Of a stretch of 64,000 bases of DNA, positions 40,943 through 51,565 are shown one piece after another. The stretch is from Octopus vulgaris. Taxonomy: Eukaryota. Where the stretch lies: assembly GCA_951406725.2 (NCBI GenBank), contig OX597815.1, forward strand, positions 162,502,001-162,566,000, read 5' to 3'. The notes under the pieces are model-generated. The model was not told the origin of the DNA. It saw only the letters and a program-made list of their open reading frames with translations, and did no database searches. Position numbers and translations under genes: made by a program. Every line of letters starts with the position of its first letter. The stretch's first letter is position 1.

Positions 40943-40959
40943 TGAATACATATGTGACA

Positions 40960-42110
40960 TACATAGTCATTTACAATAATCAGCCACAACACTGCAAGAT
41001 CTCCTTCATTTTCTTGAGCTTCTTTGGTTAAATGGGTAACAACACCTAAAACCACCAGATAGCCTGATATCTTTGGGATACCTACTTTATGAGCTGAGGA
41101 ATCAATGTAAGAATTCCTCAGGAAGTAGCCCCTCAAGTGCCTAATAACAACGCATAAAAATATCTTAAACACTAAATAATGAGATCGTTCTAAACTAACT
41201 GATAGTCTTTGACACTTTTTCATTCAGAATCCACACCCTGTCTGTGTACTTCCACAGGTGAGCCACCTTACCTCTTCTTCAAATCACCTTTAGGATCCTC
41301 CAGAGCCTGTGGGACAACCTAGGGCAGTTCTTATACACTTTGCTCTTGACTATATCCTGGATATCTTTCCAGTAGGACTCTTATCAGATTCCATAGTTGA
41401 TGGAGGTGAATGACTGAAAAACTTGCAGTGTCCTAGGTTTTGGCTCCTGGAATTAACACTGAAAGTGACACTGAAGTGAATATTGATCTCATCTTTAAAA
41501 CAGGTGACTCAGCCACTGCATACCTACTTGAGCAGCTGTTTCATGAACCCATATGAGTGAGCTAGAAGGTAGCTTGCTTCCTGGCTCTCTCTTTCTGCTG
41601 TCTTAAGAAGTGGAAGATATTCTGCAGGATCCATCAGAAATCCATTCTCTTCCTTGAACTGTCATCTCAAGCTCTGAAGCTCTTACCTGAGTTAGTGAAT
41701 TTTGCTGGGTATATAACTCATAACAGAGTAATTTCAATTCCCTAATCTGAACCTCTCAGCTGCTAGGCTGATGATAATAATGTCCTTACCTGGAGGTGAT
41801 GGTTAGCATTCCTTTTAGCTGTTACTTCTAAGATGTGGTCAATCTTCTTATCAAAGTGGCACCACTCCTCATCCTTGTTAGCTTGAAGCCTCTTCATTCA
41901 ACACTGTTCTATTACTCAGCTTGGGTCTGGGGCTTACAACACCTGGAGGTTTCAGGGACTGTGGGCTGACTCTGGCCCTAGCTCCTTCAGTGTTTCACCA
42001 AGATTAATTCATATGCACTCTGGCACATGCACTACTTCCATGCATTTCGTCTTGATCTGGTGGATTTTCAGGCTGCACTGGTTCTTTTTGCAAACGTTCC
42101 CATTGTTGAT
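40960..42110 (-). mobile_element. Decayed 5' half of a HERO-clade (R2 group) non-LTR retrotransposon
   Basis: Fragmentary translation: N-terminal zinc-finger remnant (NVCKKNQCSLKIHQIKTKC), ANKDEEWCHFDKKIDHILE, IIISLAAERF, KERARK, KVYKNCPRLSHRLWRILKVI, FRTISL, NSYIDSS..GIPKISG..GVVTHLTKEAQENEGDLAVLWL. These resemble HERO-family ORFs as recalled, not searched. Confidence 0.75.
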
Positions 42111-42122
42111 TCGTTGCCATTT

Positions 42123-42160
<38 letters not shown>

Positions 42161-45100
42161 TAGCATGGAGGCCAGACATTAAACGATGATGATGATATAT
42201 ATATATATATATATCATCATCATCCTCAATATTTGACATCTGTTTTCCATGCTGGCATGTGTTGGACAGCTTGACAGGAAATGGCAGGGCCAGGAGCTAC
42301 ACCAGGTTCAATAGTCTGTTTTGGATTGGTTTCTACAGCTGGATACCCTTCTTAATGCCAACCATTTTGCAGAGTGTACTGAGTACTTGTTATGTGGCAC
42401 CTGCACCCACACCAATGTCTTTTATGTGGCACCTTGGTTTTAGGATCTCAATTCTGTTATGATGGGTGGCCTTTCTTGAATACAGCAATGTGCCACATAT
42501 CTCAGCCCGGAATCCAGTATTTTACAGCTTCATTATTCGCATTATATGATAATGTAGGTAACTCAGTTAATGAAGCAGCACCATTCTAAACTCCTCTCAC
42601 AATTTCTTTCACATACACGTGCAATAAATTTATTGACAGTTAAATTAAGATTTGATAATTTTGGACCTCAATATATTGAAGTATATTAAACGATCTTGTA
42701 TACATCCCTACATGTTGTGTTGAATTCACTTTATATCTCCCTTTGAGGGTTATTAATCCTTTAGCATTTAGATTACTCTGTCAAATGTAATGCTTATATA
42801 TTCAAATTATTTTGAATTTCTCATGCATTTGTCTTGCAGCTTTGAGATTTCAATGATGTGACTGTTTGTTTTTAGAATGACATTGTAGTATAGGTGAAAG
42901 AGGTCAGATCTGGTCACTTTGAACATAAAGCAGATAGAATATATGGGTTAGATGTGGTCAGTTTAAATGCTAAAGTGTTAAAGTAAACATCAGACAAAGA
43001 ACTGGGATAAATTGCATTGACTAAAACCACTGTAAGTGATGGAGTCCAATGACAGAAACCAGTAAAAGAATAACACACACACATGTATGCAAGAGTTTGT
43101 GTGTATGTTTTGGTTTTGATTTGAATAAAGAACCAACATTCTTGAAAATATATTCTACTCTGATGGGCTCTCCCGGCAAGGATGGTGTATGACTGTTCAG
43201 CTTTTGCCAAACAACCTGCACAAAATGATTTGTTTATAGAGATCAAATGTATGCGGTGTACATTAGCTCATTCCCTCCCTCAAATCACCATTGCCTGAAC
43301 AGGTGCATGGTGTGCCACACATCAGGTGCCAAAGTGACTGCAGAGTAATGTAAGATGAGGTATTTTATTCAAAAACACAACGCATGACTCAATTAGGAAT
43401 TGAAACTACGATCTCACAGCTGTGAGTGCAACACTCTAAATACTAGGTCTCGTCCTTATTCTAATATATTTAGTTCATTTGTTAACACAAAGACATCCTG
43501 TTTCTTTTCCTTTCTCCAATATTTATACCTTATAAGGAATGGCTATAATGATCATTCAAAACTTACAACAGTAACATGCTTTGGGTTGTACCCTAGATAA
43601 TAGATAAGAGAACAAGCAAAGCAAAAAAGATAGGATTTCAGTTGACAAACATGTTGTTTCACAAAATGACACCAAACTTCAACAGGGCAACATATTATTT
43701 ATTTCTTCTATAGCTTAGTCAAAAGGAATGAACTGTGCTCATAGCCCTTGAGAGTCCACAACACTGGTGAGATAAATACAGTTTATATTCAGAAGATGAA
43801 AGATTGGGTGATAATGTGAGGAGGGAAAACAAGTTTGTCAGGTTAATATGGTTAAAGGCTGTTTGTAACTATGTAGTTCAGAGAAGTAGTGGCTGTTATG
43901 GTAGCTTGCTAAATAATGTTTGCTGCCAGTCAGCACAACCTCACTGACACTTATTTTACATTCAATATCTAAAACAGTTTCCTGAAATATGCTATATGGT
44001 CCACAAGCCTGCTTTCTGATCACTTGGTCCTGAATTCGGTCCCACAGAGTGGTACCTCAGGCAAGTATTTTCTACTGTAGCCCTGGGCCAACCAAAGCCT
44101 TGTGAGTTGATTTGATAGGTGGAAACTGAAAGAAGCCTCTGTGTGTGTGTAAGAGAGAGTTGGTGCCTTCTTGTCCTGACATCACGTGACTGTGGTAAAC
44201 AAGTGTCACCATTATACAGTGTCCTTCATTCTGAAGCTTCCACAAAATTATGTCCAGCATGGGAGAAAATTACCTCGCTTGAAAACAGGTGAGAGTTGGC
44301 AACAGGAAGGGCATCCAGCCATAGAAAATCTGTTTCAACAAATTCTATCCAACCCATATAAGCATGGAAAAGTGAACATAAAACAATGACGACGATGACA
44401 ATGCTGACACCATGTTAAATGTATTGCAACATTGGCATAAACATATCAATTAGTTACTAAAAATGTTTAACTTAAATATATATAAATATATATATTTGAA
44501 GACTCAAACAGAATGTCTTTTACTCCAAATGATCTGCTATCCTTATCACCTACAGAAAACAACATTGGACATCATTTACCAAACACCATAGTGAAATGGT
44601 GGAATATTTGAAACCATGACTAGTGATATGGGTTTATTTATTCCATAGCTCTATTCTTTACAAACACTAAAGTGACATATATGTACATACATTATCATCA
44701 TCACCACTGTTGTATATCCTTTTTTCTATGCTGGCATGGGTTGGACAATGACATCAAGGTGCTTTCCATAATTTGTCATCATCAAATAACAGCAAAGATA
44801 GCTTCCAAATGTTGTGTATGTCATGTATTTTTGGCAAAGTTTTTACATATATACATAGGTGTGGGTGTGGCAATGTGGTTAAGAAGCTTACTTCCCAAAC
44901 ATGTGGTCTCAGGTTCAGTTTCACTGTGTGGAACACTGGGCAAGTGCCTTCTGTTATAACTTCAGGCTGACCAAAGCCTTGTGAGTACACTGGGTAGACA
45001 GAAACTGGAAGAATAAGGTGGTGAGCTGGCAGAAATGTTAGCACGCCCAGCAAAATGCTTAGCAGCATTTTGTCTTCTGTTACGTTTTGAGTTCAAATTC

Positions 45101-45496
45101 CACCGAGGTTGACTTTGCCGTTCATCCTTTCAGAGTTGATAAATTAAGTACCAGTTACGCACTGGGGCCGATGTAATTGACTTAGTCCCTTTAGCCCCTT
45201 GTGGGCAATAAAGAAATAAGAAACTGGAAGAAACCCATGGTTAAGGTGTTGCATTTCCAATTGTGAGATAGTGGTTTTAATTCCTAGACTGGGTGGTTCA
45301 TTGTGTTCTTGAGAAAAACACTTCATCCCACATTACTCTATGATCACTTCAACATCTGATGCATGATACACTGATGGAGGGAGTGAGATAAAGGTACAGC
45401 ACATACATTTGATCACTACAAACAAATCATTTGTGCAGGTCAATTGGCAAAAGCTGAACACTCATACTTTGTCTTTGTCGGGTTGATGGGAGAGAA

Positions 45497-45543
<47 letters not shown>

Positions 45544-45546
<3 letters not shown>

Positions 45547-45882
45547 AAGGAAAAAATGGAGAGTTTTAACTGATAAAATTCAATTCATTAACATACTGTC
45601 AAAATTCTTACAGAGAATTTTGACAATATGATAATAAATTGAATTTTATCAGTTAAAACTTTCCATTTTCTCCTTATAATATATTATATAGAAATATGCC
45701 CATATATCGAAGCATAAAAATCATTAAACTCCATAATATACTTAATCGGTGCCTACATAAACAACAAATGCCAATACTATTAAGTTATACTGGACTCTTG
45801 AAATTTTACATCGATATACAAGATTAAACTGGCGAAGCTTGGATGTTAACATCCCTTTTAAGAGGTATCTGTATATTCAAAC

Positions 45883-45885
<3 letters not shown>
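45544..45885. mobile_element. (TA)n-embedded element beginning with a ~135-bp palindrome; probably an inverted Penelope-like remnant
   Basis: Arms 45544-45608 and 45614-45678 are reverse complements with about 5 mismatches; (TA)n lies on both sides. The Penelope assignment is inference. Confidence 0.5.
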
Positions 45886-45916
<31 letters not shown>

Positions 45917-46869
45917 TAAATATGTGTATGAGTAAGTGTACTCTTGTCTTGACATCACATAAGGGTTGCAACTGAGTATCATCATTATACAAGCAATGGT
46001 GTTTGTTTCTAGTTTTTCATGAAAAACATCTCACCATGGGGAAATAATTCCTTATCTGGAAACAGGTGAAGGTTGACAACAGATATATTTGGCTGTAGAA
46101 AACCTGCTTCAGCAAAATTCTTTCTCACCCATGCAAGCATGGAAAAGTAAAGATTAAATGATGATGATGTCACACATAGACACACGATGACGACAACAAC
46201 ATCCTTTCTACTATCAACCACTTAACAGCATGAGCTGGGTGCATTCCATTGTTCCTCTGGCACATAAAAGGCTAAAGAGTCCTTTCACTCTCTTATATAC
46301 ACACACATGAATAAGACTTCTTAATGTAGAACCCAAATACTTCATAATATTGGTTTCAAATTTTGCCACAAGGCCAGCAGGTCAATTATATTGACCCCAA
46401 TACTTGACTAATACTTATTTTTTTGACCCCAAAGAGACAAAAGGCAAAGCTGAACTCAGCAGAATTTGAAATTAGAACATAAAGAGCCAGAAAAAATGCT
46501 GCTAAGCATTTCGTTCAATGTGCTAACAATTCTGCCAGAGCACCACCTTAAAATACTTCACGATATTAAAACTATGCATTTATTCTCATTTATTTTAAGA
46601 CTGAGAAACAACTTATTGACTTCTTTATCGACTTATTTACACATACACACACAGAGGAGGCATACATGTAAACACTGTGGAGAAAATGTTCAGGAATCAT
46701 TGAAGATATTGCTTCAAGCAAATAAAGAAAGGAATGCAAAAAGTAAATAAGCAATAACGGGGTGTAGAATGAAGCAGGTGGTATTCTATAGGAAATTTTA
46801 TTATCCTACAACTAAGTATTTCAAAACTGTATTTCTGGCAGCAAGTGGCACAAACGGAAGCAGGCTTAC

Positions 46870-46875
46870 CTGAAA
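46870..46875 (-). other. Candidate 6-nt microexon (TTTCAG) or recursive splice site
   Basis: Minus strand reads TACTAAAT (branch-like) caatctgtatttttgTGCtcttcacAG|TTTCAG|GTAAGC, in repeat-poor sequence. Confidence 0.45.
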
Positions 46876-49669
46876 CTGTGAAGAGCACAAAAATACAGAT
46901 TGATTTAGTATGCTAATATGACAACTATTTTTAAAACTTGTAAAATAATCTTTAAAAATCAAAGTGTGTGTGTATGTGTGTGTGCATGTGAGCGAGGGAG
47001 GGAGGGAGGGAGAAACATGTGTATGCAAGCTTAAATTTTATGTATTTTTCTGAATGTGGATATGTGTACGCTGTGTGTATGTGTGAATGTATGTATACTT
47101 GTACAAGTACATGCATGCAAGATTTGATGCAAAAGTTCAATAGTGAAAGCAGTAAATTTCATAAATAGATCTCTTGAAACAGGCATCAAATGTGTTCTTC
47201 ATATTGATTAGCTTATTGTCAGTGCTGCCTTGCAATTTTCCAATAAAATCTGCCAGGCTGGCAACAAGACAACCTGTAACAAGGTAAACAATTATATATT
47301 TGGCAGGATGTAGAATACTCAGAAATTTCGCGCCTTATATTAGCTTCAGCAATTGCTCTGAACTAGTTCTGTGGTCCAGAATTTCAAAGTGTTTATGCTT
47401 CTTCATATTGATAGAAGAGATGGGTATGAAGGACAAATTTATAGGTGTTTGAAAATGAGTTCTTTAGATCAGATTTACTTTAAGAGCAGCATGAAGCGAA
47501 AAACACCATTACAAGAAGTGATAAAGAAGAAAGACCGAGAAGAATTAGTGTTGTCTATTGGCATGTTTTAGAGAAATTTATAGTACTATCTATGTTCAGT
47601 AATGGCCAATATGTAAGTACAATCAAATTACTTTGGATCAGAACAAAAAAAAAATAAAATAAAATAAAATGAAAACTGAAGACACTTTAGTCTCTCAGAG
47701 GTTACATTACTCATCCTAAAGACTTAAATGTCAGTCTTGTGTTCAAGCAGACTACATTTATTCAGTAAAAAGTGATGCCAGAAGATTTTTGTACTGTTTT
47801 ATATCTATTTCACCTTGTTAGTTGAAGTAATGATCGTTTTCACTAATTTTGACCATTACATTGTTGGCATAATCATTTTTCAACTGAACAACCCACCCTG
47901 CTGCTAAAACAGTTGGAACATAAGAAGAACCTGCTTGATATTCAGACAGACTGAAGCAAAAGAGGCACAACATTAATTAATAGCTGCAGTAGTGATGTTT
48001 GAAATCATGGTAATATTTGCATCATCACAGCCACTTTCTCTTATGTAATAACATTTTAAAAGATACGTCAAAAACAAATTTAAATGCTAAAAACAAAATA
48101 GGTTAATGGTATCTTTGCTAAAATTTCATTCATGAGCAGTCAAATTAAAAACCTTTCACTTCTACAAAGCCAAAATTCTAAAGCTAATTTTTTAAATTTA
48201 TGATACATTTACAAAGTTACTTATAAAAGAAAGGATGCTATACATTCCCTCCTTACATAACTTATATTCAGACAGCTAAGATGCATTTCAAATTTTGCCT
48301 TCCCTTTAGGTGGAAGGAAATTTAGTTGAGCTTTGGTTAATGTAAAAAGGAAAGTAAATGAACAAAAAAAAAAGGTCATTATTATAAATTCTAAGCTTTT
48401 TGAAATACCTGGAAAAGAAGTCAAATCAGAATTTGATGACGTCAGCTTTAATGATACTACTTTTATTCTATATTTCTTTTCGCAACCTGCCCATCAAGCT
48501 TAAAAGCAAATACAAGCAGATACAATTTAAAACTTGATGACAGCTAATGAATAAGTTCTAGTTCAATTTCTAAAAATAGTAGTTACACCACCCTCAAATC
48601 ACATCATACCATCTTAAGAGGACACATTACATAACATGGTCCTGAATATATCATAATTTTGCTTTTACACCCTTTTTTCTTCTTTGTCACCTTGGGCAAG
48701 TGTCTTCTACTACAACCCTGGGCCAAATAAAACCTTGTGAATTGATCTGGTAGATGGAAACTGAAAGAAGCTTGTTGCATGTGTGTGTGTGTGTGTGTGT
48801 GTTGGTTTGATTATGTTCCAGTAACTAAGCATTTGGCAAAAGAGACAGACAAAATAAGTACTAGGCTTTAGAAAATAAGTCCTGGGATCAGTGGTTCAAC
48901 TAAACCCTTCAAGATGGTACTCCAGCATGGCCACAGTCCACTGGTTGGAACAAGCAAAAGACAAAAAGATTAGTGCAGAGACAGAAGGCTTCTTCAAAAC
49001 AATATTTTACAGTAATATGTTCTACTTGGCACCAGTTCTGACTTGTTTAACAAGCGCACACTTCATTCTATATCTTTAAACATTGAAGGGCTGTTGGACA
49101 ATTTGTTCATAGGAGATATAAACAGTATTCTTTTCTCCTCTAGGCACAAGGGCTGAAATTTTTTTTTTTGGGGGGGGGGGGTGTCAATTAGATTGACCCC
49201 AGTATGCAACTGGTACTTAAAGGATGAAAGGCAAAGCTGACCTTGGCTGAATTTGAACTCAGAACGTAAAGACAGATGAAATACTAAGCATTTCACTTGG
49301 CATGCTAATGTTTCTTATTTCTTTGCTGTCCACAAGGGGCTACACATAGAGGGGACAAACAAGGACAGACAAACAGATTAAGTCGATTATATCGACCCCA
49401 GTGCATAACTGGTACTTATTTAATTGACCCCAAAAGGATGAAAAACAAAGTCGACCTCGACAGAATTTGAACTCAGAACATAACGGCAGATGAAATACCG
49501 CTAAGTATTTCGCCCAGCATACTAGTTTCTGCCAGCTTGCCACCTACAATATCAACACTTCCAAAATAGTGTTAATGCAAGCACACACACACATATGTAT
49601 GCGATGAGCTTTCATATGGTTTCTATCAACCAAATTTCATTCACAATGCATTGATTCACACATACACAC

Positions 49670-50205
49670 CTATAATAATAAAAGCAAAATTCTGTTTGTC
49701 CATTTGGGACCCTTGTATCTCAGTCTATATTTGCTCTACATAGACATATACCTTTTTGGAATCAGGATGATCCCAGGATTGAAAATCTGCCCTTCATTTG
49801 GTTCTTGAACATCCAACATTAGGATCTGATTTAAAAGCATTTGGGTTGCTATTTCTTGCAGGTATAATAGTTTGGCTGATTCATGCCATCTTGGTTGGTG
49901 TTTGTCATATGATGTCAGAGATCAAGTGGGACATAAATGATATTTGCTTCATTAATTTTATTTAGAGATAAGAACTTTGGGACAAATTGGCCAACAGTTG
50001 GAATTCAACTTGGGACTGGAACAAGAGAATGATTGCATTACAGAATTCATTCTCACCTGTCCTTAACCTCTGATCAAACACCAGTGGAGCATATAGTCAT
50101 TATAGATGTATTATAGTCATGCTATTTAGTTTGCTCTAGTTTTGGGCCACAGGCCCAATTAGCCCTGCAGTTTAAAAGTCCACACTGAGTACAGCTTTTA
50201 AGCTA
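49670..50205 (+). mobile_element. Possible non-autonomous Helitron-like element
   Basis: Starts CTATAATAATAAAAGCAAAATTCTGTTTGTC and ends ...GCTAG|T, with a short GC-rich hairpin (GGGCCACAGGCCC) about 50 bp upstream. Confidence 0.4.
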
Positions 50206-50413
50206 GTAAATAATAGAAGACACTTGTCTAAGGCACAATACAATGAACCTGAAACCATGTAGTTATGAAATGAACTTCTTAACCACGTAGCTAGTCTTTC
50301 GTCTGACTATGAAATAATAAAAGGAGATGGTCATGATTGGAATATCTTCAAATATAGGTCAGCTCAATCAGAGCTCACCTGGAGATCAACAGATTTTAAA
50401 CAATGATGTAAAT

Positions 50414-50498
50414 CAGTGTTTCCCAACCTATTTTACCTCAGGTCCTATTATAACTTTCCAGAAAAGTGTATGCCTCACCAGTGGTTGGAAACACACTG
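50414..50498. mobile_element. Miniature hAT-type MITE
   Basis: TIRs CAGTGTTTCCCAACC ... GGTTGGAAACACACTG. Confidence 0.55.
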
Positions 50499-50891
50499 TT
50501 TCCTCCAAGCACTTGATGTAGGCCACCGTGTTAAGTCTGAGGCCATGTAAGATGATGAATGGAGGCATAACATCACCATCACTAGTGATCATTCCAAGCA
50601 CCATGATGTTGACTGGATGTTTGATTTTTATCATTCTCGGTACATGTCTTCAGATTGACAACTAAACATTCTGAAATGTTCATATTGGAGCTTCTGGTGC
50701 AAATGCCAAGCAGTACAGCATATTGTTTCCAAATTTCTGACAGAGTGAATTGTGTCATGGTGCTGTTTTTCTCACAGATGGTGTCCAACTGACCCTTCTA
50801 TACAGTGTAGTTGACAAAATCAAAAACAAACAATGTGCATGTGTGAAATTAAAAATATAAAATATCAACAGTTTACCCATCGCACCTTGTA
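50495..50891 (-). mobile_element. maT (DD37D) family 5' end with internal deletion
   Basis: KIKHPVNIMVLGMITSDGDVMPPFI..LRLNTVAYIKCLEE matches the 7.5-8.4 kb copy. Its 5' TIR TA-CAAGGTGCGATGGGTAAACTGT resembles that copy's 3' TIR. Confidence 0.8.
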
Positions 50892-51565
50892 TATGACATG
50901 CTTCTGTTTACCAAATCCACTCACAAGGCTTTGCCTGGCCCAAGGCTTTAAATAAAAGACACTTGTCCATGGTACCATGCAGTAGGACTGAAACCAAGAC
51001 CGCATGGCTTGGAAGCAAGCTTTTTAACCACAAAACCACATTTGCTATAAAAAGAAAGGAGATTTTATTCCACAGTATCTAGTTATTTTCTATCTTTACA
51101 GGGAATCTGTCAATAAAGTATCAAAAAATATAAGTGAATATATAATGAGAGCCAAAGTTTTTGTATCAGTTATTTGAAATCTGTGATTTGTCTCTATTCA
51201 AACTCCCAACAAAAATATAAGCTTTGAACTGGTTGGTCTCCCACTTATCAGCCAAAGAATAACTATGAGAACTTGGAATACTAATGAGAAAAATAAAACA
51301 GTGACATTTTGAACTGCCTCCTGATAGTGTCACACTCTTATCTCATAGATATCTAATGCAAAAGCTCAAATAAAAACATTTGAAAACTATCTTTAAAAAA
51401 AAAAAAAAACGGGACAATTGAAAGTGAGACTAAAAAGAAAATACCATGACAAATGATAAACCTATTCAATAGCTGTGAATATATAAAAACTCATTCACTT
51501 TCTTCTATATCTCTCTGACTATCCTCTGTCCATTCTGCTATATATATATATATATATATATATAT

